A stretch of 64,000 nt of DNA, from NCBI GenBank assembly GCA_024654525.1, contig JANLHI010000030.1, positions 2,886-66,885 on the forward strand, written 5' to 3'. This stretch comes from Patescibacteria group bacterium. GTDB taxonomy: Bacteria > Patescibacteriota > Minisyncoccia > UBA6257 > 2-01-FULL-56-20. The notes under the pieces were generated by a model, which searched no databases, was not told where the DNA came from, and saw only the letters and a program-made list of their open reading frames with translations. Below, piece by piece: positions 1 to 8,802 of this stretch. Numbering within the stretch: the first letter of the stretch is position 1; each line of letters begins with the position of its first letter. A program made the translations under genes and the position numbers.

Positions 1-479
1 GTAAGTAGGGTGTAAAGAGCAATAAAGATCCATGGCACCCATCGCTCTATTTTAGTGAATGGCCAATAGATCTCTTTATTTTTACCCCTACCCAGCATTT
101 CCCATTCCGTATCGTACAGTGCCAAAGGCAAACGAGCCTCGATCGCGTGAATAACCTGAAACTTACCTCCATTTAAGCCATCATAGGATCGGATTATTCG
201 ATACCATAAATAACACATTGTGATTCCAGCGATGGAAGCTGATATCAGAATTGAGACTATGTCGCCCCCATTCGTCTTAGTAGCCACAAATCCAAGCAGA
301 GCTACGAGAGCTGTGTTTAGCCCCAAGAAGAATTCGTTGGCTTTTTGCCTGCGATCGCTGATTTTTTCCGCCGAGGCTATATAAATTTTATACTGCTCCA
401 GAAGATGCTCGATATACCGGTCGCCGTATTTATCGCTGGCCGATACGAAGAGTATCTTCTGGATATCCTCAGGTTTCAT
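1..479 (-). CDS. 2-TM protein immediately downstream of the TIR-like gene, running off the window start. The start is MKPEDIQK; the two TM helices are FLGLNTALVALLGFVA and IVSILISASIAGITMCYLW. Possible SLATT-like or ThsA-like effector partner.
   Basis: Manual translation of the minus strand. The ATG sits directly after the TIR gene stop (TAGATG junction), there are two hydrophobic helices, and the ORF continues past position 1. Confidence 0.35.
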   Translation of the reverse strand, partial: MKPEDIQKILFVSASDKYGDRYIEHLLEQYKIYIASAEKISDRRQKANEFFLGLNTALVALLGFVATKTNGGDIVSILISASIAGITMCYLWYRIIRSYDGLNGGKFQVIHAIEARLPLALYDTEWEMLGRGKNKEIYWPFTKIERWVPWIFIALYTLL

Positions 480-854
480 CTAAAGTGAGTTTATGAAGTT
501 TGTTATGTTAGGCCATGTCCAGTGGTAAATCCGCCTACCACTCAATTCTGAAGGAATACGTTTAACTCCCTCGTCATGAATGTAAACCGGGAAAACGGGG
601 ATGCTTTCTTCGTACGCACATTTTATTTCCCAAAGAGCCCCATCGGCATTAATAGTGTTATCGCTCACAAAAGCCACAACACCATCGCAACTCTTGATTC
701 GTTCGCGACACTGAGTTTTCCAAGACGACGACCAAGGCTCTTTCACTGACATGTCCACAAAATCGAACGGGGTATTTTCCTGTTTCGACTGATACGTCAA
801 ATTATCTCGAGCAAACTTATCTTCCATTGCGAAACTGACAAAAATTCTTTTCAT
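480..854 (-). CDS. TIR-like domain protein (DUF1863 / Thoeris ThsB-like)
   Basis: 124 aa. N-terminal KRIFVSFAMEDKF and the W...SxWK...I...DGVVAFVSxNTxxSxWxxWEI pattern are typical of bacterial TIR-like DUF1863 proteins. Confidence 0.5.
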   Translation of the reverse strand: MKRIFVSFAMEDKFARDNLTYQSKQENTPFDFVDMSVKEPWSSSWKTQCRERIKSCDGVVAFVSDNTINADGALWEIKCAYEESIPVFPVYIHDEGVKRIPSELSGRRIYHWTWPNITNFINSL

Positions 855-1228
855 TTTGTTTTATTTGATTTTATTAATTAGGCATACACGGATCACTCTT
901 CCTTCCCCGGAAGCAATCCGTGTATGCTTGCGAATACAAGCACTATTTCTTAGTGTCTCCGTATCCTGGCTTGGGAACACGTTCGACTACGTGCGTGTTG
1001 GGTTGCCGCCGGGCCTCTTCCACGGTTGTGAATTCGCCGGTTTTTGCATCCCGTCCACGAGTGGTCGTCTTTGATTCTTTACTCATTTATCTCGTATTAT
1101 TGGTGCTGATTGGGCGTCAGTATGATAGAGTGTAAGTGTAAGCTTTCCTCGTTTCACAACTAGCTTCTCGAAGAATCGACGCGGGGCCGGAGCGGGAAGG
1201 AAACCCCTCTCCGATTTAAACGCCCAGA

Positions 1229-1262
1229 AAAGCCGCTCAGTTACGGGCGGTTTTTTTTGACC
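1229..1262. terminator. Hairpin flanked by T-runs on both strands, downstream of lexA. Candidate bidirectional terminator.
   Basis: Sequence aaaagccgctcagttacgggcggtttttttt. Confidence 0.3.
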
Positions 1263-1319
1263 TTCAAATCTTTTCCCGGAAAGTTATCAACCGTGTTGTG
1301 TTTTCTAAGTTCCATGTTT

Positions 1320-1943
1320 TTAATAAAGATTTTTGGGAAGCGTTGCGACTACTACGCCTTGGACAACAAAATCCTCGGTTAAAATTATTGGCCTGTGTTC
1401 TTTGTCAGTGGAATTCGGTTTTAAGACAATGGATCCATTTTCACGATCATGATAAAGAAGCTTGATTGTCGCGTCGTTATTTATGAGAGCGACTATTCTT
1501 TCACCGTCTTCGGCAGTTGGTTGCTGTTTAATGAGAACCAAATCCCCGTCATTTATGCCGGATTTATTCATGGAGGTACCGACTGCGCGCAAAAGAAAAT
1601 AAGAATGGCCTGGCTTGGCGAAGCGGGTCGAGACATCAATTATGGCTTCGACATCCTGTTCGGCGAGCGAAGGCGATCCACAAGCCACCGATCCAACAAG
1701 CGGTACCTCCATAGTCCGATCTTCCATGGGTGATTCCATGTTTTGGGCGAGCTTAATAACGCCATTCGAATACGAAACCAGACCACGTTTCTTGAGGCGT
1801 TCCAGCATAAGCTGGACGGAGCGTGGCGAGGCATAACCAACAACCCTGCCTATTTCCCGGAGAGAAGGTGTTACGCCCGTGCTTAATACCTTGCCCCGAA
1901 GGAAAGCGTAGCCTTGAAGATCCTTTTTGTTTACTTGGTTCAT
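1320..1943 (-). CDS. lexA: LexA-type repressor (wHTH plus S24 peptidase). It may be the repressor of the adjacent phage-like module rather than the host SOS regulator.
   Basis: N-terminal LexA DNA-binding domain, an A-G cleavage region VACGSP, a GTSMN serine motif and a downstream Lys (IKLL). Confidence 0.85.
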   Translation of the reverse strand: MNQVNKKDLQGYAFLRGKVLSTGVTPSLREIGRVVGYASPRSVQLMLERLKKRGLVSYSNGVIKLAQNMESPMEDRTMEVPLVGSVACGSPSLAEQDVEAIIDVSTRFAKPGHSYFLLRAVGTSMNKSGINDGDLVLIKQQPTAEDGERIVALINNDATIKLLYHDRENGSIVLKPNSTDKEHRPIILTEDFVVQGVVVATLPKNLY

Positions 1944-1997
1944 CGGGATAAGTATACTGGATTGTCCACCTCTGTCAACCTATGCTAGGATATTGCC

Positions 1998-2636
1998 ATG
2001 GATACACCGCTTACCAGGCGGACAGTTGAAACCTACCTCCCCGTCTTACGGGCTATTTATGCATCCATTGAGGTTTCCGTTACAACCGCAAGTCGGCTGG
2101 AGAACAGGGACGACCTTTATTTCTTTTATCTGGGAAAAGAATTCGGAACCTCCAATATTTTACACACCACATATCTACTCAAACTTTGGCTGAAGGACTC
2201 TCGCGACTTCGAGATGAGGCCGATGATGTTCCACAAAAAGAATAGGAAAGCGAAGTGGGTCGACCTTATCAAATTGCTTGATGAAAAAATTACGGAATAT
2301 CACGACGGCGTCCCTATCATTGAGGTTGGTATCCATCGCAACGGGCGTGTCGTTCGAGAGTTTATGGGACAAAAACTTATTCATGACTTTGGAAGCGACG
2401 GGCTCAAAAGAAAAGTTGTATCTTATCTCGCTGGGCGCGGCAGTTTTACGAAAACTCCGGAAATCCAAAAGTATATCGGTTCGAAGAGTACCGAGTCCGC
2501 TGTGAAGGCAATTCGTTCTATCAACTCAACTCTTCGTTTGCGTCTCCAGTTTCCGAAGAAGCAAAAATTCATCGATAGTAAGCGGGGTTCCGGTTACGGC
2601 ATTAACCCGATTTACAACGTGGTTTTGTTGGATTAG
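1998..2636 (+). CDS. Hypothetical protein transcribed divergently from lexA
   Basis: 212-aa ORF with no recognisable motifs. It shares the divergent promoter region with lexA. Confidence 0.45.
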   Translation: MDTPLTRRTVETYLPVLRAIYASIEVSVTTASRLENRDDLYFFYLGKEFGTSNILHTTYLLKLWLKDSRDFEMRPMMFHKKNRKAKWVDLIKLLDEKITEYHDGVPIIEVGIHRNGRVVREFMGQKLIHDFGSDGLKRKVVSYLAGRGSFTKTPEIQKYIGSKSTESAVKAIRSINSTLRLRLQFPKKQKFIDSKRGSGYGINPIYNVVLLD

Positions 2637-2784
2637 ACGACCTCCCCGCATCCGGTGTGGATAACTATTTTTAGAACCTTGTTTTACAAGGTTTTTTTGT
2701 GTGGACAGTTCCAGATGTGTTCCATATAAGTCACGTTCCGAATAGGAGAAGATATAAAAGTCGAAAAAACAAAAAAATAAACCT

Positions 2785-4062
2785 ATGCCTGCACAAAAAC
2801 TTTCATGGAGGAACGAAGTGCGTCGGGTTTCGGATCTCGTGCCGAATCCGAAAAACCCTCGTTCCATCTCGCCGAAGCAGATGGAGGACTTGAAGCGCAG
2901 TCTCAAGAAATTCGGCCTGGTCGAATTGCCCGCGATAAACACTAACAACAGAATCTTGGCCGGACACCAACGCCTCCTCGCGCTCCAACTCCTCGGACGC
3001 GGTGACGAAAAGATTCCCGTTCGCGTGCCAACGCGCCCGCTCACAAAGAAGGAATACGATCAATATCTTCTGACCAGTAACCGCGTCCACGGTGAATGGG
3101 ATTATCAAATGCTCGCCGAGCAATTCGATGTCGAAATGCTCCTCGCCTCAGGCTTTGACGACGGGGATCTCTCGGTTATTTTCGACGATCTTCAAGTGGA
3201 AGACGACGAATTCGATCCGGAAAAAGAATTAAAGAAGATAAAGAAAACGGATGTGAAGCCGGGAAGTCTCTACCAACTGGGACCGCACCGTATTCTTTGT
3301 GGCGACAGCACCAATTCCGAAGTCGTCAAGAAACTCATGGGCGGCAAGAGTGCGGCGGTCATTCTCCAAGATCCCCCGTACAACATCGGTCTCAGCTATA
3401 ACAAAGGCATCGGCGGGAAAGGTAATTACGGCGGTGAAACGAACGACGCGAAGTCAGACGAAGAATATGAATCATTTCTCCGCAAAGCCCTTGCGAATGG
3501 CGTCGACGCCTGCGAGAAGGACGCACACGTGTTCACATACCACGATCCCCGCTACACCTGGCTTTTGCAAAAACTTTACAAAGAGCTGGGCATCGCGTAC
3601 AAGCGGACGTGTTTGTGGGTAAAAAATAATTCTACGCCCACACCTAACGTCGCCTTCAATCGCCAATATGAACCGGCGCTCTACGGCGTTATCGGGAAAC
3701 CGTATCTTTCGGAGCGATCATTCAATTTTTCCGAGATCTTAAACCGCGATGTTGGGATCGGTAATCGCACCATAGACGACATTTACGATTTGATAGACAT
3801 CTGGCTCGTAAAGCGGCTCGGCGGTTCGGAGTATGAGCATCCCACTGAAAAGCCGCCCATGCTGCACGAGCGGCCGCTGCGGCGTTGCACTAAGCCGGGA
3901 GATATCGTGCTTGATCTGTTCTCTGGTTCATCCAGTATTATGGTCGCTTGCCACGGGTTGAAGCGCATCGCGTATATGGTCGAACGCGAGCCGATTTTCG
4001 TTCAATTATCGCTAAACAGATATGCCAAACTTACGGGAGAAAAAGCAAAAAGGATCGCCTAA
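2785..4062 (+). CDS. ParB-like nuclease domain fused to an N6-adenine/N4-cytosine DNA methyltransferase (phage-type)
   Basis: N-terminal VPNPKNPR...ILAGHQRLLA matches a ParB N-terminal domain. The DPPY motif (ILQDPPYN) and C-terminal HPTEKP...DLFSGSSS (motif I) indicate a beta-class amino-MTase. Confidence 0.8.
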   Translation: MPAQKLSWRNEVRRVSDLVPNPKNPRSISPKQMEDLKRSLKKFGLVELPAINTNNRILAGHQRLLALQLLGRGDEKIPVRVPTRPLTKKEYDQYLLTSNRVHGEWDYQMLAEQFDVEMLLASGFDDGDLSVIFDDLQVEDDEFDPEKELKKIKKTDVKPGSLYQLGPHRILCGDSTNSEVVKKLMGGKSAAVILQDPPYNIGLSYNKGIGGKGNYGGETNDAKSDEEYESFLRKALANGVDACEKDAHVFTYHDPRYTWLLQKLYKELGIAYKRTCLWVKNNSTPTPNVAFNRQYEPALYGVIGKPYLSERSFNFSEILNRDVGIGNRTIDDIYDLIDIWLVKRLGGSEYEHPTEKPPMLHERPLRRCTKPGDIVLDLFSGSSSIMVACHGLKRIAYMVEREPIFVQLSLNRYAKLTGEKAKRIA

Positions 4063-4795
4063 GCCCGGCACGATCTGGCAGCTTGGCGATCATCGCTTGG
4101 CTTACGGCGACGCTCGCGACAAAGAGTTACTGAAGCGACTTATCGGCGTGGAGAAAATAAACCTTGTCTGTTGCGACGTTCCATACGGAGTGGATGTCGC
4201 AGCGTCAAAGCGCAACTTCCGCACGCTTTCTAAAGACAGAGATATTGCTAACGACCAATTGCAGTCGGACGACGAGTATCGGAAGTTTACAAGCGACTGG
4301 CTGCAGGCGGTATCGTCGTTTCTTGCCGCCAAAAACTCCGCCTACATATTTAATGCCGATAAGATGGTTTGGTCTTTGCGGGACGGCATGATTGATTCCG
4401 GTTTCAAGGTGGCCCAACTTCTTATTTGGATCAAATCTCAAGCAGTGGTAGGACGACTTGATTATTCTCCGCAGCACGAGCTTATCCTCTACGGCTGGCG
4501 CGGAACGCATAAATACCGCCGCTCAAAAGACAAAAGCGTCTTGTTCTATCCGCGGCCGTCGAAAAGCAAACTACATCCGACGACCAAACCCATTGGTCTT
4601 ATCCGGAGGCTTATTCTTAACTCCTCGGAAATCGGTGGTGCGGTCTACGACGGGTTTTTAGGCAGCGGTACTCTGCTTTTGGCTTGTGAGGAAACGCGCC
4701 GCAAATGCTTCGCAGTTGAGATTGATCCCGAGTATTGTCTCACGTCAATTTTCCAATGGGAGCGCCTGACCGGTAAAAAAGCAGAGCAGATATGA
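4022..4795 (+). CDS. DNA methyltransferase (N6A/N4C, beta-class)
   Basis: DVPY motif (CCDVPYGV) and HPTTKP...YDGFLGSGT motif I. It overlaps the upstream MTase by ~40 nt. Confidence 0.8.
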   Translation: MPNLREKKQKGSPKPGTIWQLGDHRLAYGDARDKELLKRLIGVEKINLVCCDVPYGVDVAASKRNFRTLSKDRDIANDQLQSDDEYRKFTSDWLQAVSSFLAAKNSAYIFNADKMVWSLRDGMIDSGFKVAQLLIWIKSQAVVGRLDYSPQHELILYGWRGTHKYRRSKDKSVLFYPRPSKSKLHPTTKPIGLIRRLILNSSEIGGAVYDGFLGSGTLLLACEETRRKCFAVEIDPEYCLTSIFQWERLTGKKAEQI

Positions 4796-5235
4796 AAAAG
4801 ACCGATCACATAAAAGAGCTGCTTATAGATCAGCTGCGCAGGACGCCAATCGTTGAGGCCGCTTGTCAGAAAGCGAACATTTCCCGCATGACGTTTTATC
4901 GTTGGAAAAATGAGGACAAAGAATTCGCAAAAAAGGTCGACGAGGCGCTTTCCGACGGGCAGCTTCTTGTGAACGATCTCGCCGAAAGCCAGCTTATTGG
5001 CGCGGTCAAAGATCGGAATTTTCAAGCGATTGCCTATTGGCTCAAACACCACCATCCGAGCTACAAAACGCGTATTGAAATCGAGGGAGCGCTCAACACC
5101 GTGCACGAACTTTCACCAGAACAAGAAAAACTTATGCGAAAAGCGTTTGAACTGGCAGGCATTAACATTGATGACTACGAAGAAGCACGAGATACGAGTC
5201 AAAAAAGTAACCAACTAAAACAAATCAATGAGTAA
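4792..5235 (+). CDS. Phage terminase small subunit-like HTH protein
   Basis: HTH ISRMTFYRWKNEDKEF, an ATGA overlap with the upstream gene, and a position directly upstream of TerL. Confidence 0.5.
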   Translation: MKKTDHIKELLIDQLRRTPIVEAACQKANISRMTFYRWKNEDKEFAKKVDEALSDGQLLVNDLAESQLIGAVKDRNFQAIAYWLKHHHPSYKTRIEIEGALNTVHELSPEQEKLMRKAFELAGINIDDYEEARDTSQKSNQLKQINE

Positions 5236-6712
5236 CAATTCTGACGACGATAAAAACGTTTTTGAAGCCATCGCAAAAGACCGCGTTCTTCGGCAGCAGC
5301 TTGGTCAGCGCAGCCATCACATGTTTTTCGTAATGTACTTTCCGCACTACATCAAATACCCCGTGGCGGAATTTCACAAAGATATTTTTCGCATCACCGA
5401 AGATCAGTCGACGAATCTTGCCTGCATCGTGGCGTTCAGGGGAAGCGGCAAGAGCACGCTAGTAACTTTTTCATATTCTCTCTGGTCGATCCTTGGCATC
5501 CAGCAAAAAAAGTTTGTCCTTATTATCTGTCAGACCCAAGCTCAGGCCAGACAGCACATGGCCAATCTCAAATTTGAGCTTGAGCAGAATACCCTCCTCA
5601 AAAGCGACATGGGACCGTTCCGCGAGGAAGCCGGCGACGGCCAGTGGGCCATATCGTCTCTTGTGTTCAAAAACACTGGAGCTCGGATAATGATCGCTTC
5701 AATAGATCAAAGTATTCGAGGTATTCGCCACCACGAATACCGCCCCGACCTTATCATTCTGGACGACATTGAGGACAGTAATTCCGTGAAAACCTTCGAG
5801 GGCCGCATCAAAATATCCGATTGGTTTTCCCGAGAGGTGGTGCCGCTCGGGGATATCGGAACTCGCATCATTCTCGTTGGCAACCTTCTTCACGAAGCCG
5901 CGCTTACGATAAGTCTCCGAAACAAAATTGACCGCAAAGAAATACGCGGCACCTACCGTTGGTTTCCGCTCATCGACGAAAGCGGAGCATGCCTGTGGCC
6001 AGGTAAATTTGATACGTCGGATAAAATTGAGGCTCTTCGTCAAAGCGTTGGCAACGAAATAGCCTGGCAGCAAGAGTATCTTCTCAATATTGTCTCTGAC
6101 AGCTCTCGTGTCATATTCCCGGAGTGGATTCGCTACTACGACGAGCTGCCCAGCGAAACATTGCGGAGTATCCACGTGGGCGTTGATCTGGCCATATCCC
6201 AGCGGGAAGGAGCCGATTTCACGGCAATGGTTGGCTTACGCCGCTATGGATACGGCAACACCATGCGTCTCTACGTGATTCCGAACCCGTTTAACAAGCG
6301 GGTGCCGTTTCCCGAAGTAGTGGCTACCATAAAAACTCTTGATCGAACGTTCAAAGCCAAAGGAGAGCATGCCAAATTCATTGTTGAGTCGAATGGTTTT
6401 CAAGAAATCTATGTGCACGCGGTAAGCGACAGCGGTTGCGACGTTAAGGGCGTAAAGCATACTGGGGACAAGCGTTCGCGACTGGCACTCACGAGCCAGC
6501 TTATTCAAAACGGTACGATTGTATTTCCGCGCCGTGGAGCGGAAGAACTTATCGCGCAACTCACGGGGTTTGGGGTAGAAAACCATGATGATTTGGCGGA
6601 TGGGTATAGCACCGCTGTACTCGATGTTATGAATGACATAGAAAACGACCGGGGTTGGGAGGCATGGATGCAGTGGGTGAAAAGCAATGGCGGAAGTTGT
6701 CAGATTAGGTAG
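5228..6712 (+). CDS. Phage terminase large subunit
   Basis: Walker A AFRGSGKST, Walker B LIILDDIED, and C-terminal RNaseH-like nuclease acidic motifs (VGVDLA, HDDLADG). Confidence 0.8.
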   Translation: MSNNSDDDKNVFEAIAKDRVLRQQLGQRSHHMFFVMYFPHYIKYPVAEFHKDIFRITEDQSTNLACIVAFRGSGKSTLVTFSYSLWSILGIQQKKFVLIICQTQAQARQHMANLKFELEQNTLLKSDMGPFREEAGDGQWAISSLVFKNTGARIMIASIDQSIRGIRHHEYRPDLIILDDIEDSNSVKTFEGRIKISDWFSREVVPLGDIGTRIILVGNLLHEAALTISLRNKIDRKEIRGTYRWFPLIDESGACLWPGKFDTSDKIEALRQSVGNEIAWQQEYLLNIVSDSSRVIFPEWIRYYDELPSETLRSIHVGVDLAISQREGADFTAMVGLRRYGYGNTMRLYVIPNPFNKRVPFPEVVATIKTLDRTFKAKGEHAKFIVESNGFQEIYVHAVSDSGCDVKGVKHTGDKRSRLALTSQLIQNGTIVFPRRGAEELIAQLTGFGVENHDDLADGYSTAVLDVMNDIENDRGWEAWMQWVKSNGGSCQIR

Positions 6713-6827
6713 GAATTACCGAGGGTATAGATGCTCCTTCTGCGTACTTGTTACCACCTTAATTGTCTTTCTTTTCATATTAGGATCCCACCACCCTAAA
6801 ATACAAAAATCTTTTTCAAAAGGGTGA

Positions 6828-7322
6828 TCATGCCGCCTTATTAAGCTTTTTCTTTCTAAGAAGAATATATGCAATGCCTAAAACTAAAGAGATGCCGAGA
6901 GGCGGAAGTGCGTACATTATAATACCGACAATGTTATATAAGATCGAGGCACTCGTATTTAGTGCATCAAATAACCACGGCACGATAAACTGATAGGAAA
7001 TATACATTAAAAACGCCCAAACCACTGCCTTGATAAAGTTATAAAGACCCCACAAACCCATCCCTTTTACCAAGATGTCATGCAATACCTTGTAGAAGCG
7101 AGCCATATACAGTAGGAATCCGAGCGTAAAAAACGTAAAAGCGCTATAGAAAGCTCGAACAAAGATGCTCGGCTGCTCAAACGGCTCGATCTGTTGCCAT
7201 TCAAAATGTATTCCCAAAACGAAGCGCCACAATAAAAACACTAACGCTAAAATGATATATGTCGATGCGGATCTAACAATATCATTTACATACTTCAATA
7301 TCGTTGCTTTATGCCACTTCAT
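6828..7322 (-). CDS. 4-TM membrane protein co-transcribed downstream of the ABC-ATPase
   Basis: 164 aa with four hydrophobic helices. Its start lies 5 nt after the ATPase stop. Confidence 0.45.
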   Translation of the reverse strand: MKWHKATILKYVNDIVRSASTYIILALVFLLWRFVLGIHFEWQQIEPFEQPSIFVRAFYSAFTFFTLGFLLYMARFYKVLHDILVKGMGLWGLYNFIKAVVWAFLMYISYQFIVPWLFDALNTSASILYNIVGIIMYALPPLGISLVLGIAYILLRKKKLNKAA

Positions 7323-7327
7323 TTTTA

Positions 7328-8791
7328 TTATTTACCGGCCTTTCTCTTGCCGTACTTTAATTCTCGAAGTGTACTTATAGATTTGACAAGATCTTCTGAC
7401 AAGAATTTACTATTCTTTGAATTTTCTGGATGATGGATAGAGTTACGAATGTATTTTGGCAGAGAAACGTTCTCTGTCTTGCTTAATTTATCATTGAACC
7501 ACTTTTCCGTTGTTGGAAGTCCGTTTAATTTACTTGGGTCAATATCTTCGAGATAGCCATACAGTTCGTTGTGGTAATCGTTTGTGGGTATACCGAATAC
7601 TTCGTAGTTCACTTCCGAATAGGAGCTATCCTTACCTTTGATTTGCTCAAGCTTTGTTTTCTTGTTGCCTTGTTTTACAACTCGGAAGCATCGGTCTATA
7701 TGGTCTTTGTCAATCATATAATTTGAGTGCGTTGCAAAAATGACAACGTTGTTCTCCTTATTCTTTGAGATCTTTATAAGTTCATTCCTCAAGTATTCCT
7801 GCGCTTGTGGGTGTAGGTGGGTTTCCGGCTCATCCAGCAGCAATAACGAATACGATAATTGATCAGTGGAGCTTTCTGCTGAAATTGTAAGAAGAAATGA
7901 TACGAATTGTCTGAATCCATCGCTTCTTTGGTTTGTTGTTTTAGAATCGTATTTTACTCCGACATCCTCAACCAAAAATGATAGCATCATGTTATTGATC
8001 TGAAATTTGATCTTGACCGGATGATTCTCCCACACCTTCTTGATGTGAGCAGTGACCTTATCTCCCAGCTTATCTTGGAGATCACTAACCTCGGCTGGAT
8101 CGGTCAACAGCTTACTTATGGCTGCTGGGATGTTTGCCTCATCAATACCTGCTAATCGAAAACAATTTAGCAGTGGGATTGATGTTTTCTCGGGTGCTGC
8201 AGAAAAAGCATTGAGATCAATTTGATCATTAATAAGGTATTCATTGGTTGATTTCCAAAAAGTGACGTGGTGTGAAATCTTCCAAAAGTAAGTCGGCAAG
8301 GTAGTTTCGAAATAAGTTTGAAGATTAAAATCATCTTGCGTTAGTTCCGGATTCTTCTTTATTGGTTTATCTCCCTCAAGAGTATAGTCGGGAAAAATGT
8401 GCGTCTTAAATTGGATACGATCAAAGTTTTTTCTTGCCGGTGTTGCTGTCGGCTCATAACCCACGCAAACATCTACCTCCTCAATCTGTATCTTTGAAAG
8501 CAGATCTTTTTCAAAGCCCTTTGCCTCAAGCTCCTTCTTCAGATTTTTCTCCTCGCTTACTTCTAGATTGTAGGTTAGTAAGACGCTGATCGGTTTTGAT
8601 TCGTTGAAATAATCTTTAGGAAACAAGACGTCGCCACTATCTACCAAAGAAACAGCTCTCAAAAAACTACTCTTTCCTGATTCATTGATACCAATGAGTG
8701 TGTAGGTTTTACCACCATGAATCTCTTCGACATTAAACGTTTCGTTTTCAATGCTCCTGAAGTTTTCGATTGTTATTTTTCTAATCTTCAT
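7328..8791 (-). CDS. SMC-head/ABC-type ATPase (AAA_15/21-like) with a C-terminal HEPN-like R-x4-H motif. PrrC/RloC-like anticodon-nuclease candidate.
   Basis: N-terminal ITIENFRSI...GINESGKSS (Walker A), LLLLDEPETHLHP (Walker B/D-loop) and ATHS (H-loop). The C-terminal tail contains KYIRNSIHHPEN. The gene is in a type I R-M locus. Confidence 0.55.
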   Translation of the reverse strand: MKIRKITIENFRSIENETFNVEEIHGGKTYTLIGINESGKSSFLRAVSLVDSGDVLFPKDYFNESKPISVLLTYNLEVSEEKNLKKELEAKGFEKDLLSKIQIEEVDVCVGYEPTATPARKNFDRIQFKTHIFPDYTLEGDKPIKKNPELTQDDFNLQTYFETTLPTYFWKISHHVTFWKSTNEYLINDQIDLNAFSAAPEKTSIPLLNCFRLAGIDEANIPAAISKLLTDPAEVSDLQDKLGDKVTAHIKKVWENHPVKIKFQINNMMLSFLVEDVGVKYDSKTTNQRSDGFRQFVSFLLTISAESSTDQLSYSLLLLDEPETHLHPQAQEYLRNELIKISKNKENNVVIFATHSNYMIDKDHIDRCFRVVKQGNKKTKLEQIKGKDSSYSEVNYEVFGIPTNDYHNELYGYLEDIDPSKLNGLPTTEKWFNDKLSKTENVSLPKYIRNSIHHPENSKNSKFLSEDLVKSISTLRELKYGKRKAGK

Positions 8792-8802
8792 ATATTTAGC
8801 GC

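Noticed and set aside
856-1135. Two ~70-aa plus-strand ORFs downstream of the TIR gene
   Set aside because: They overlap each other in different frames in a GC-rich spacer, have no motifs and no obvious start context. They are likely spurious.
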